Of a DNA stretch of 64,000 nucleotides, positions 45,501 to 55,041 are shown piece by piece. The position numbers were made by a program, and so were the translations under genes. The notes below the pieces were generated by a model that saw only the letters and a list, made by a program, of their open reading frames with translations, did no database searches and had not been told where the DNA came from. This DNA comes from Balanoglossus misakiensis (lineage: Eukaryota > Animalia > Hemichordata). Position 1 is the first letter of the stretch. The number at the start of each line of letters is the position of its first letter. The stretch spans positions 4,852,735 through 4,916,734 of the forward strand of contig CM082592.2 in NCBI GenBank assembly GCA_040954595.2. Direction: 5' to 3'.

Positions 45501-47876
45501 AAGCAAACAGAGAAGAAGGGAAGCTCTAGGCTTCAACCACCAAAGATTATTGGCAATTTTGTCAGTCATGAAATTAAAATAAAATAATACTATAGAAATT
45601 TGACCAAGTATTTCACAAACAAGGGTAGATTTACATGGGAAGTATTTTTGGCAATTAAAGTAAATCATTAGGATGCAAACCACTGGTCTTGTTTGAATTT
45701 TTTTTCACAAAACCAACAGAGAACAGGAGCTCTAGACTACAACCACCTGTTGAGTGTTTTACACACGTGTGCAGAATACAAAGTGTTGCTCAACAAGATG
45801 GATTTTCAAAAATCCCAATATGTGTTTTCACACTACAGCTCTCTGTAACCTCTTCGACATTTCTGACGGCGGTGCAGATGGCTGCTAGGTAACTGACAGG
45901 CACACCTTTTAAGCTCACTCAAAAATATGTCATAATTCATGCTGTGAGATATGATATTGACAAATTTACACTTCCCTACTACGCTATGCTATAACTGCCT
46001 TGGCTAATCCATTTTTTTTGTCTTTACCTTGGTTTGACCTCTTCGTACTTTTGCCTAGTTTATCATAAATTTAAGCCAATGTTGTCACTAAAGTTTAGAA
46101 ATGACAAAACAATCATTTGGTAAAAAAATTTAAGACAACAATTTAACCTTTTTACTGAATAAGGCAAACATCACACCTTTACTTCAGTCACAAAAAAATG
46201 TATTTGCTCAATTTGTAACTCTGAATTTTAATTTTAAACATTCAAGAAATGCAAAGCTATATCATCAGTGATCATTTACTAAAATACATTTGTACACCAT
46301 AAAAAAGATGTTTGCCTCATAAACTCTATTAGGATTCCGTGAAATATTGAATAAGAACATGATTCCAATGATGGCTGTGTGAACACAAATTCCTTTCAAA
46401 TCCAATGCCTTGTTGAACCTTAACCCTTTCACCCCCGGTTCCTTCTTTAGAGGTCCAACCTTACCATAGAAAACAACGGGTGTGGACTGAACCATGGTGG
46501 TGAAAGGGTTAATAAGGGTTGTGAGAAAGTGACACCGTGTAATATCTTTGTGAATCAGTTGACCTTTGTGTTGTTTCCAGGGGAATCGCATGTCGACTCG
46601 ATTAATTTCACTGGCAGTAATGTGACATATAATTACTATTCTCACTGGAGTGGTGTAAATTGCAAATAAACAATGAAATCACAAATCGGTGTCAGACCCA
46701 ATCAATGGACAAACATCTTTGCATGACTGAACACCAACAAATTCCCAAAAACCACCTGAATTTTGTCAAGGTTGTAGATACTTGGGCGAGTTAATGTGAC
46801 GAATGACAATGCTGATATTATGTACACCTTCACTGTTTAGTAGAAATATCTACAATGTATCTTTTATAACATTGACTGGTCAGATGTAATCAGATGCAGA
46901 CTTGGCTCATACGGTCTGAAAAATTAGGATCTGAAAAATTATAGCACTGCATGACAGACCAGAATCAGGCTTGACAGTACACAACTGCACATAGCGCTGT
47001 AATAATCCAGACTGTAATGTAGTCCTAAAACACAGATGTGTGTGTTACAGCATTTTTGCTGAGGTTGATCACATCTTCTTCTAACAAAATAGCAACAGGT
47101 TTGCTCCCTGTTGCTACACTCATTAGGTGATGCATTATTCAACCAAAACAAACATTTTAAATTTGCAAGACAAACATTTTGATAACATCTCTGACCCTGA
47201 AACACAGCAGCTATGCTTAATCCCGTTGCTATGGTAACAGTGCTTAATTAGAGAATATTTTCGAGAAATATTCTAAGCCATCAGGATTGTTTACGTCCAT
47301 GGAATTACGTGTCGATTGTGACTACTAAGGACAGACCCAATTCTGATGAATGCATCTACAGTCTGTTTATTTCTACCAGTATTGAAAAGACTTTCTTTAC
47401 TGCTGGAAATAAGTTCATGTATGTACGTACTTACCTTGCAACAACTTCATTGTCAATCTTCACAAGGCAATATGGGTCACTGCTACCAGTTCTGTTGACA
47501 TAAAAAGTCATTGCGCGGAGTCGTTATCCTATGTTCTTATATTATCTGTCCACAAATCTCGCATACTGATGATCATGCATGCCCCCATTCCGGTCCCCGG
47601 CCCAAGAGTAAATCACAATTTTACACTGACCACTGACACTACATCATCGTGATAAGATTTATAAAACATTCTACCTCTATTATCTATATCTCAGTTATCT
47701 GCATGATACGGATTACGGTTTCAACGCTTTACCGCGTTCGTCGGTATAACCGTGACACCTCGCCATTGTCATACCTCTATTATAAAACATGAACAGAGAA
47801 AATAAACTTACATGTCCTTCGCTGGGAGGTTCTTGCCTTCTCCAACACGCAGGTAGATCGACGTGTTTTTGGCCAT
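448..47876 (-). CDS. RASAL1: RasGAP-activating-like protein 1 / RASA4-type GAP1-family Ras GTPase-activating protein (19 coding exons, about 830 aa)
   Basis: Exons, all GT-AG and phase-consistent: 47812-47876, 47435-47491, 33359-33472, 31090-31151, 26452-26581, 24027-24108, 23353-23579, 22039-22153, 19351-19501, 16856-17030, 15878-16067, 15087-15224, 13547-13685, 11638-11816, 10791-10928, 8332-8467, 1169-1289, 807-931, 448-596. Sum 2493 nt. Contains two C2 domains, the FRGNSLATK arginine finger, the FLRFFAPAILSP motif, a PH domain, a BTK motif and a RASAL1-like TLGDWRDPLDPDAE tail. Confidence 0.93.
807..931 (-). CDS. RASAL1: RASAL1 exon 18 (acidic low-complexity linker)
   Basis: CAG/GTAAGT; phases 2-1 bridge the flanking exons. 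Confidence 0.82.
1169..1289 (-). CDS. RASAL1: RASAL1 exon 17 (GCSKTHSACTLGDWRDPLDPDAE...)
   Basis: Close to the recalled RASAL1 post-BTK segment. Confidence 0.92.
3011..3260. repeat. Two-copy tandem duplication, about 120-bp unit
   Basis: ttcaaatgttt.tggagtttca...tgatgttgaacca...agataaa.cttgc occurs twice, from 3011 and 3132. Confidence 0.8.
3436..3745. mobile_element. Double-hairpin non-autonomous element
   Basis: Near-perfect palindrome 3436-3578 centred on gagcgatagcga, plus a second inverted repeat 3581-3601/3725-3745. Confidence 0.65.
3865..4597. mobile_element. Non-autonomous DNA transposon, Kolobok-like
   Basis: TIR GGTGGCAyTGCATGAAA at both ends, TTAA flanks, no transposase ORF. 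Confidence 0.8.
6871..7044. mobile_element. MITE family A (AGGTATACGGTCAC TIR, TTAA TSD), Kolobok-like
   Basis: TIRs plus TTAA. Homologous copies at 15609 and 30737, degenerate copy near 41425-41580. Confidence 0.85.
8332..8467 (-). CDS. RASAL1: RASAL1 exon 16 (PH helix and BTK motif FHPGAYRGSRWTCC)
   Basis: QWLSAIRK helix; Zn-binding BTK motif. Confidence 0.93.
10600..10778. repeat. Cryptic purine-pyrimidine repeat (CATGCA/CA/TA)
   Basis: Run of catgcac/cacac motifs just past the exon 15 donor on the minus strand. Confidence 0.7.
10791..10928 (-). CDS. RASAL1: RASAL1 exon 15 (PH domain)
   Basis: CAVETVD...AFQRPYMMQI...LYMQAK; phase 0-0. Confidence 0.92.
11638..11816 (-). CDS. RASAL1: RASAL1 exon 14 (PH start KEGYLRKR...FKKRYFWL)
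   Basis: PH beta1-beta3; AAG/GTATT. Confidence 0.9.
13547..13685 (-). CDS. RASAL1: RASAL1 exon 13 (AIQSIGNL...KEQYMQPL)
   Basis: RasGAP C-terminal motif; TAG/GTAAA. Confidence 0.93.
13813..13896. mobile_element. MITE family B (about 85 bp, CCCTTTCACC TIR, TTAA TSD), piggyBac-like
   Basis: CCC..GGG termini with TTAA; four copies in the window. Confidence 0.85.
14543..14708. mobile_element. MITE family C (CTGTAAAAC TIR, TA TSD)
   Basis: ta-ctgtaaaacaggaaatttt ... aaaatttcccgtttcacag-ta. Confidence 0.75.
14857..15064. mobile_element. MITE family C copy
   Basis: Perfect TIR ctgtaaaacactttattttcgcga, TA flanks; ends about 22 nt from the exon 12 donor. Confidence 0.85.
15087..15224 (-). CDS. 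RASAL1: RASAL1 exon 12 (ISGFLFLRFFAPAILSPKLF...RTLTLLAK)
   Basis: FLR signature of RasGAPs. Confidence 0.95.
15609..15794. mobile_element. MITE family A copy
   Basis: Same TIR and internal sequence; TTAA flanks. Confidence 0.85.
15878..16067 (-). CDS. RASAL1: RASAL1 exon 11 (CPPVMRLAFKQL...RFP)
   Basis: RasGAP motif; CAG/GTGGG. Confidence 0.93.
16856..17030 (-). CDS. RASAL1: RASAL1 exon 10 (arginine finger NTLFRGNSLATK)
   Basis: Canonical RasGAP motif; splice sites. Confidence 0.95.
19351..19501 (-). CDS. RASAL1: RASAL1 exon 9 (EVATTLVKIFLGQG...)
   Basis: TAG acceptor, GTGAGT donor; start of the RasGAP domain. Confidence 0.9.
20897..20981. mobile_element. MITE family B copy (opposite orientation)
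   Basis: Homologous to the 13813 copy. Confidence 0.82.
22039..22153 (-). CDS. RASAL1: RASAL1 exon 8 (LGSLRLKV...LPSQYYQPL)
   Basis: GAP1-family motif; splice phases fit. Confidence 0.92.
23353..23579 (-). CDS. RASAL1: RASAL1 exon 7 (C2B: PRWYETF...VWDWDRLGNNDYMG)
   Basis: C2 Ca2+-ligand loop; CAG/GTAGG. Confidence 0.93.
24027..24108 (-). CDS. RASAL1: RASAL1 exon 6 (DLAAKDKTGTSDPFAK...)
   Basis: C2B motif; CAG/GTAAC. Confidence 0.92.
26452..26581 (-). CDS. RASAL1: RASAL1 exon 5 (end of C2A, start of C2B)
   Basis: TEKWFKL...SEVQGEVHL...IIEAR; tandem CAGCAG acceptor. Confidence 0.9.
26719..26860. mobile_element. Degenerate piggyBac-like MITE
   Basis: ttaa-cccccttgagtgcca ... tggtagtcaagagg-ttaa. 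Confidence 0.5.
30737..30930. mobile_element. MITE family A copy
   Basis: Same TIR and internal sequence; TTAA flanks. Confidence 0.85.
31090..31151 (-). CDS. RASAL1: RASAL1 exon 4 (VDDIIGKVSLDKELLENNPK)
   Basis: CAG/GTAAG; C2A DD.IG motif. Confidence 0.92.
31695..31896. mobile_element. MITE family C copy
   Basis: TIR ctgtaaaacgggttattttcgcga, TA flanks. Confidence 0.85.
33359..33472 (-). CDS. RASAL1: RASAL1 exon 3 (C2A: TATVWKTLDPFWGEEY...YDEDTL)
   Basis: Splice sites and phase 2-2 fit; C2 motifs. Confidence 0.93.
33535..33881. mobile_element. Foldback MITE with long arms, TTAA TSD (Kolobok-like)
   Basis: agggacaaagtctctctcttgctgccctt arms inverted over about 130 bp; TTAA on both sides. 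Confidence 0.85.
36928..37125. mobile_element. MITE family C copy
   Basis: Homologous internal sequence, TA flanks. Another fragment lies near 17890-18010. Confidence 0.75.
38329..38421. mobile_element. pogo/Tigger-like MITE (CAGTGAAACCTGTC TIR, TA TSD)
   Basis: TIR match and TA flanks; related sequences near 40033-40115 and 42257-42436. Confidence 0.75.
39353..39449. mobile_element. Palindromic MITE with TAG...CTA termini and 9-bp TSD (AcademH-like)
   Basis: Near-perfect 97-bp palindrome; flanks gtaccggta / gtactggta. Confidence 0.8.
42257..42436. mobile_element. pogo/Tigger-like MITE copy
   Basis: ta-cggtaaaa...tgtct ... agaca...ttttactg-ta; internal acctctataaaccggacacc repeats. Confidence 0.65.
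42922..43006. mobile_element. MITE family B copy
   Basis: TIR plus TTAA on both sides. Confidence 0.85.
45310..45748. repeat. Degenerate two-copy tandem duplication, about 200-235 bp unit
   Basis: Repeated blocks caattttgtc.gtcatg, tagaaatttgacc, aagtatttttggc.attaaagtaaatcatta, gctctag.ct.caaccacc. Confidence 0.7.
46424..46508. mobile_element. MITE family B copy (opposite orientation)
   Basis: TIR plus TTAA on both sides. Confidence 0.85.
47435..47491 (-). CDS. RASAL1: RASAL1 exon 2 (ITGSSDPYCLVKIDNEVVAR)
   Basis: CAG acceptor, GTAAG donor, C2A SDPY motif. Confidence 0.93.
47812..47876 (-). CDS. RASAL1: RASAL1 exon 1 (MAKNTSIYLRVGEGKNLPAKD)
   Basis: ATG at 47876, donor GTAAG. Resembles the RASA4/RASAL1 N-terminus. 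Confidence 0.92.
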
Positions 47877-48814
47877 TTCTCTCCACTCTCCCGCCGCGCC
47901 AGTCCACCACGCGCGCGCGCCTACTTCTCAACGCGCGTACGCGTCCACTCGCGAATTTCACACGTGAGCGGTGTCAGCCGTGCAACGAGCAAACTTCCCT
48001 CTCGTGTGGTGATGGTGGTAGTGGTGGTGCCCGTTGTTGTATACTCAATCACGACTGGTGGTATCCATTGGCACAGCCCACTCGCCGGCGATGTACGTTC
48101 TAAATGAGCGATCCCGACATGAAACAGTTGAACACTTACTACTACCGTGAACTAAGCACTTATACTCAGCGTTCCCCCCACGTCAAAGGCATCGCACAGA
48201 TTGTACACAAGGAGCAATGTGTGTGTAGTCTGTACGATATCTTTCTGTACACAAACCAGTGAGTCGTTTCGTAGCTTGACAATTTGCCAATGTTATTAAG
48301 ACTGAACCATTATTGGGGGCGAGGTTGGGGCCAGTGAGTTCAGCGTACTCGCTTGGTTCGCGGGTCCTTGAGAAGTACAATATTTTGACGCATCGTTGCT
48401 AACTTAAATATTTTACCGGCAGCAGGCTTCATGCCAAACCTGGCCAAAATTCCATTTTCGGAATAAAGAAACGAAATTCATTTTTTGCAAAATGATGGCA
48501 GCCTATATCGTTGTCATAGATACCCCTGCATTAGTCCACGAATCCATATGTACAGAACTGTGTAACCGAATCCATGGCAACGGCTTCAGTCACACGTTGT
48601 CGCCCTTTGGGAACATCTACAAGATAAAGCTTAGACAGGTTTCGAAGATGCTGCCCGTTGATACTCTCCACAAAATGAACAGTTGTCTACTTCCGAATTA
48701 ATAAGTTTTTTGTTTAAAAAAATATGACACAAATTATCACAGTCGCGTTCTTCGTCTACATGCAAGCATAAACTGATGTACGATAAGTATGTATGTACGA
48801 TAAATAGTATGTAC

Positions 48815-48874
<60 letters not shown>

Positions 48875-48875
48875 T

Positions 48876-48911
<36 letters not shown>

Positions 48912-49010
48912 CAGGCAGGCAGGCAGGCAGGTAGGTAGGTAGGCAGCAGGCAGGCAGGCAGACAGAAGGGTGGGTGGGGACGGGTGGGTGGGCTGATGGA
49001 TGGATGGATG
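48815..49010. repeat. Compound microsatellite: (GATA)~24 followed by GCAG/GTAG/GGGT/GATG runs
   Basis: Directly visible. Confidence 0.95.
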
Positions 49011-50050
49011 GCCATTATTATGAGACACATCATAAACGTTTACTGATAGATCTAAAATACCTGGAAATGCTTAGAATAGTACAAATAGTATATGTTGAGA
49101 AAATTAGACACGCAGAAAGAAGATGGAATTCAATAATTGCAATATGTCATTCATTTTAATCACTGTTGGTTCACATCTGGATGTAAAAACTACATGGATT
49201 TCACAGGTTTGCATACTTTAGCCCTATAAACTGTGGCTGTAAAATCCCATCCCATTAATTTGTAGACTAAACGTAGTTGTCAGTTACTATGATTATAAGC
49301 TCGCCGCTAGAAGGATAAATCGTTTCCCTCAGTTGGAAAACACCATCGCCAGTTACTTAGGCAACGGTCGTCCATCATCAGAAAGGGAAAGTACGTTTCA
49401 ACTGTTGGTGGCGCTGCAATGACACAAGCCGAGTCTCCGCGGCAACGGATAACAAGCTGGAGAAAATAACATGGTATTTGGAAGCTTCTCTTGGTAGACA
49501 ATGGGCATGAATTGGATTAAGCCCAATATATAATTCCTGGTTATATTCTCGTGTTGTCTGGGAATGGTTTGTTCAGGAAAATAAGAATATTCAAAAAAGG
49601 TGGCTGGACGTCGACTTGGTTTCTCGTTCTACTCCGTGAAACATGAATAATTGCTCAGTATTTGACTTTTCAATACGAACATCCATTTTTTCAGTATTCA
49701 GCATTATTAATTTAAGCCCGGACATAAACATAAATTCCTTTGTCAGCAATTACAGTGGTCATTACTCATGTACAGGCTTTGTTGAGAAACTGAAAGACTG
49801 GACATTTCAAAAATAATATCTGAAATACAATTCTTAAACTTGCATTTGTTGACAAGATTTTCCCTTTTTAAAGCAGTACCAACAATGACGCACTGGGTTC
49901 AGAGGTCAACATAAATATAATATACGACGTCACTGTTGACAAGTCTGGAGATCAGAAGTCTATTTACTTTACCCATGTACCCGTGTCTTGGATCAGCTGA
50001 TCGCTGGTATCACCATAGACAGTAGAGGTATCTATAGGTATCACACAGAC

Positions 50051-50132
50051 ATGGCAGACTGGAAATTGGTCGTCTGCGTTTTGGCATCGGTTTCTTGCGT
50101 GTTCGGTGTCAACAACGTTAACAAAGTGTGTG
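50051..50132 (+). CDS. Cobalamin-binding protein exon 1 (signal peptide MADWKLVVCVLASVSCVFG)
   Basis: ATG, hydrophobic leader, GTAAGT donor, phase 1. Confidence 0.8.
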
Positions 50133-52177
50133 GTAAGTATTCTGTACTATCGTAGGAGTGTGCAATCTTAGTTTGTAAGGCCCAGCAGTGTTTTTAAAAG
50201 TCCAGTGTAGACGTAATCGATCGCGCCTTTGTATGTTAATGCGCCTGTGCTGTGTGGTTGCGTGGACGCACCACTAGAAAAGGCCAATGCTCTCTTTAAG
50301 AAATCTTGTGTACGAGAATCAGACTATTTTCTCCAAGCGTGCATTCACCCCCTACCCTAATTTAGAACTATAGAAACTTTATTTTCCTATAGCCAGCATT
50401 TTTCTATAACGTGCGCATAGTGGCCATTGTCAATGGTGATTTGAACAGTTTGGAAGATGTTAAAGTCCTCACGTGAAAAGGACTCAAGGTCACCCGAGGT
50501 CGTTGTGATATTTACTGCTTCGGCGATCTCTTATCAATAATACAGACAACATATTGTCTTGTTATCTATCTGTCCTGTAAATAATGCACTGACGTCACAA
50601 AAGTAGATCATACGATGCCGTTATTAATATTTATGGTATATGTTGGTAGTGGTATATATAAGGGATCGGGGGCCTTTTAGTTTCTGGAGGGGGTGTATGT
50701 CAGTGATATTTTTTTCAGCCACTGTTATAGCAATTGTTTCTCTATCTGCCAGTCTTACTATGTACTCAAGGCAACATCTGCTATGTCCCCCCCCGCCAAG
50801 AAATCAAATGGGCCCCCCCCCCCCTAAGGAACAAGTAAAACACGGACAGAGACGTGGAGACCGGTGTTTAAGTTCGATGAGGCAGGAACAATGAGCTATA
50901 TTTCCTTTGGATTTATAGTTGCCCTCAGTTTGAAATGGTTACGAAAGAGACATTAATAATAAATGCCTTTCCGGCCTTTAAAGAGAGTTGGTTTTAGTTC
51001 ACAAGCGTTCTGAAGATCTATTTCCATTTACACCAATTACAGGCCCTGACACCGAGGATGAATTGCAGACAGCGGCCATCCAGTCATACAACAAGGCTGC
51101 GAGTTGGTTGAAATCACAACAGAACGACCAATGGGGGTGGGAACACACGTCGAGCGTCGTGTTCGCTTTGCAACTGACCAATCCAGACTGGTTTAAGAGA
51201 GACGACCTGGAGAGCCAGCTCAACGTCAAGCAGTTAGAGATCGAGCTGCTGGCTGCTCTTGGTAAACGAAAGACGTGAGTAGGCCTACGCCTGCCCACCA
51301 GAAAACACTTTGATGCAAACACGATCAGGGCTTCAACGCAACCAAGCCGAAAGCACTGGCAATTGTCCATGTCCATGTTGACGTAGTTCTTGACCGATCT
51401 TGACCGATTAGTTCTTGACTTTGACACCCTTTAAAGACCCACAGTGGGGTCTGTGTCGTTATGCGTGCACTCTATAAGCAGTGTCTACATACTAGTACAC
51501 AATGTACTGTACATACTCCAAGTACGCGTTTACTGTCTATATACTGTCTATAGCGCGTATGCGCATCATTAGCAACTTTGGGTCCACAAGAAAGATCGCT
51601 GTGGAATGAAACAGTTTATCACATTATAATGATTTTAAACTCCCCATTTTCAGCATTGAGACCATGAAGACTGAGTTGAAAGAGGAGCGCACTTCACTGT
51701 CCGAAGACCTCTCAGCCGGTCCGTTGGCCTATCACATTCTGGCGCTCCACGCCACATGCCGCAACGTCACCGACTTCTACGGACACAACCTCGTGCATCA
51801 TCTGGAGCGCGAGATGAAGACGTTCCCGGACCACTTCAAGGGCTTCAACAACTACTTCCAGTACGGCCTGGCGGTGTTGGCGCTCTGCAACACGAAGTCT
51901 CACATCAAGGAGAAGCACATTCAGAAGCTGTACGACTACGCCAGTCAGGAAGGCTGCGGCGGGTATCTACATGGCAGTGGTCAGTGACACCGGGTGGATA
52001 CATGGGTTGTAATGAAAGTGAATTCCTACACACTAGATTGAATAATGTGTCATCATTCCTTTCTCTCTTTGGAACACTACGTTACTCAATGAATTCGCCG
52101 TCGACGGATGATGATGATTGTGATGGTGATAGTGATGATGATGTTGACAATGATGATGATGGTGGTGGTGGTGGTGG

Positions 52178-52253
<76 letters not shown>

Positions 52254-54332
52254 GATGGTGATGATGACGGGCCATCAAGATTTGTTCTCTCCCCATTCCA
52301 GATTCGACAGCCACGGTTGTCACAGCGATGGCCTGCGTGTCCGAGATCCCGGAGTTTGCCGACGATGACAAGGTGAAATTCCTACTCGGCAGAGGAATCG
52401 AAAACCTAACCAGAATCCAAGAACCCGGACCCGACTACGGCTTTGGGAATATCCACACTTCCGCCCTAGCCGCACAGGTATATAGTTCACCTTCAAATTT
52501 GCGAGTTTCGTAATCCTCCATTTTGTAGCACGCGTTGGACTATTTTTTGGTGCGTTTATGATTGGATACTGTTGGCACTGTGTGACGTGCCAGAAAAATC
52601 TCTCAAAGTTCTCGTCGGTTTTGTCACATGCTTCATATAGTAATACTAGACTTACATTTCACTTTTTACAAGGTTTGCTTACCACCATTGCTAGCCTCCG
52701 AACGTATAGCATTAAATATTGCGAGCAACTCCAACTGTGTTATAGATTGATGAATCCAGCCAAGATTATAACACAGCAACGAGTCGGTACATTTTAACTA
52801 CCATGTTTTAGAATAGAAAATGCATGTAAGAACAAAATGAAGACGATACCTGAAATTACCAAAATATAGATTTCCACTCTCAACACTTGTTTGAAAATGC
52901 GCTTTGTGGGCGTGTTCAAATGGGAGTGAATCGCACAACTCTGTATAACCAAAAATGCGAAATTCATCCACAGGCACTATCTGCTGCCGGTGTATCTCCA
53001 TCGATCTGGCACTGTAATGACGTCATCAGGGGTATCATCGACAGCCAAGAAGAGTCTGGTTCCTTCGGTGATCATTTGATGACCACCATGCAAGTCCTTC
53101 CCTCGCTTGTCGGCAGACACTACGGTAAAATCGACACGTCCAGTTGTCAAACGACTGAGAAAAGTAAGTTCGAATTTTCGCAATCTGATTTAATCAGATG
53201 TAGCATTTTGAGCTTTTGTTCATGTTTTTTCCGGTCATTTTAAGTCATTTATGTTCACCACGATCATCTACACAGGCGAACAAGCACACACCTTAGATCC
53301 CCTCGCGTTCGCGAAGACGATCTCCGTCACACTGACCGTCGTCTACAAAAACGGCACCATGGAGTCCGATGTCTTGTACGTTCCCAAAGGACGGAGTCTC
53401 TACGACATCATTGACGCTGCCTCCCAGCACCACGACCCGAAGTTCACGTGAGTTATTCCCTGTAGAAACCCTGGGTCTGCCCAGTTAGGTGCGCAAGTGC
53501 CTGTAGATGTCGAACGGCCTCGGCTGCAGTACAATGTAGCCGAGGCCGTTCAACATCTTCAGGCACCTGTGGTTGTCTCATTGTCGAGTCAAAATGGGGT
53601 TTTGGAGCCAGTGCATTCATTAATTTCAATTTCAACAGGTGTGAAGTTTCGTTTATGTTAATGACGAGGCCCGTGGCAAGGTGCATGGCAAACGTATGGC
53701 ATCTTCAGTCGCTCTGAATGCTCAATAACACAATCCCTAAGAAAACGTCGTATTACTCATTTTTTTCCTGTAGATTTGACACGATAGATTCCGCATGGGG
53801 TCACTTCGTCCACGCCATCAATGGCGTTTCTGGTGTGTCGGGCAGATCGTACTGGCGTATCTTCAACAATGAAGAAGCCCTGGCAGCAGGTGGGTGACGT
53901 GTGTGTGAAAGGATCTTACCACTAATAGTCTATTTTCCTAACTCCACGAGACATTGCGAGATCTCGCGGGGCTAGGCAGTTTATATGGGAGGATATTTTC
54001 AGGTGACACAGGACAAAGAATACGTAGCCTATCCTGTTAAACGGCACAAAAGTTAAACTCTGTACCTAGTTTCATTCAGCTTGACTTGTATTACTTGCCT
54101 AGCAATCGGTCACGGTTGCTCCGGTAATTAACCAAATCTCGCGAGATCTCGCAATGAGCAGAAAATCATCTATGACAGCTTTTCAAAATCAAATCAGATT
54201 TATTAATTATAGTAGCGTGTAATGTTTCATCGATATACATTCTATTTCTGTTTGTTTCAAGGTGTGGAAGACTTCTATCCAGAGAATATGGACCACATCT
54301 ATTTCAAGTACACATTGATACCGAAGATTTAG
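50051..54332 (+). CDS. Secreted cobalamin-binding protein, transcobalamin/intrinsic factor/haptocorrin family (8 exons, about 454 aa)
   Basis: Exons 50051-50132, 51043-51274, 51654-51979, 52302-52477, 52974-53163, 53276-53447, 53774-53889, 54262-54332, all phase-consistent, 1365 nt. Signal peptide; alpha-domain motifs G.LA..ILAL...C, NYFQ..LAVLALC, D..A....A.AC, FGNIHTSALAAQAL; beta-domain SAWGHFVHAINGV...YW...GV. Confidence 0.88.
50662..50824. mobile_element. PIF/Harbinger-like MITE (GGG...CCC, TAA TSD)
   Basis: taa-ggg...ggccttttagtttct / agaaatcaaatgggcc...ccc-taa; imperfect TIR. Confidence 0.5.
51043..51274 (+). CDS. Cobalamin-binding protein exon 2
   Basis: CAG acceptor; GTGAGT donor, phase 2. 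Confidence 0.85.
51654..51979 (+). CDS. Cobalamin-binding protein exon 3
   Basis: AGPLAYHILAL..TC and NYFQYGLAVLALC motifs. Confidence 0.9.
52107..52268. repeat. (GAT)n/(GGT)n trinucleotide microsatellite, intronic
   Basis: Directly visible; lies in intron 3 of the cobalamin-binding gene. Confidence 0.95.
52302..52477 (+). CDS. Cobalamin-binding protein exon 4
   Basis: DSTATVVTAMAC...FGNIHTSALAAQ. Confidence 0.9.
52974..53163 (+). CDS. Cobalamin-binding protein exon 5
   Basis: W.C...GSF...QVLPSL.G..Y motif. Confidence 0.9.
53276..53447 (+). CDS. Cobalamin-binding protein exon 6 (beta domain start)
   Basis: ISVTLTV...VPKGRSLYDII..A; CAG/GTGAGT. Confidence 0.88.
53774..53889 (+). CDS. Cobalamin-binding protein exon 7
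   Basis: SAWGHFVHAINGV...SYWRIF beta-domain motif. Confidence 0.9.
53952..54156. mobile_element. Inverted-repeat element (cattgcgagatctcgcg ... cgcgagatctcgcaatg), probable MITE
   Basis: 17-bp perfect inverted repeat within intron 7. Confidence 0.55.
54262..54332 (+). CDS. Cobalamin-binding protein exon 8 (GVEDFYPENMDHIYFKY..stop)
   Basis: Typical family C-terminus; TAG stop. Confidence 0.87.
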
Positions 54333-55041
54333 TCCAATCTTCCGAAAGCGACTCAAAAAGAAGAAGAAAAAATCAACAAGATTTTGCGTGTGCAGCATTT
54401 TCTCCAAATTTCCATCTGCAATCTAATTTAGTTTCTAGAAACGAAAGTACTGCAGTTACCCAACATTTATATTTCATTGTTTTGTATTGTCTGTGCAGTT
54501 CCGTTTGATTCTTTTGTAAAAGCATCCCGTTTGTTTGTTACTTTGAAATGTGTATCGTAATTAGTTTTTGCTCTTCTCAATATTATTAAATACAATTCCT
54601 GCTTTTTAATCAAATCAATAACCGTGTCAGACTGCGAATCTGCCCGTTCACTTTCTTGGCACTGTGAATAAATTATTGTCTATATGTGGATGGGGTCGTT
54701 CAGCGCGTGTAGTGAGTCCATAGTTAGTTATTAGAGCACGAATTGGAATTTTGTCCGAAACAACGCTAAATCTACCCAATAATCAACATATCACAACATT
54801 ATGTCAAGTCATTTTCGGTCGTTCACATTTGAACTTTGAACGCTATACTCCAGGCCCTCTACAGGTGGTTTTGTGAGAAGCTCTTGACACTGCGCAACAT
54901 TTATAAATATCTTAAAATCTTTGTCTGTTCCTGGTTAATGATTGCCCTGTTAATAGATTTCCGCCATTCCTCGAATTTTTGTTTTCAACCGACATTGTCG
55001 ACTGATGTGATGAAGCCAACGCGTTGGCGACCAAACGAGGA

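Noticed and set aside
48737-49033. ORFs with IYLS repeats
   Set aside because: Translation of the (GATA)n microsatellite.
51756-52376. ORFs with poly-Asp, poly-His or poly-Met
   Set aside because: Translations of the intronic (GAT)n microsatellite; the real exons splice around it.
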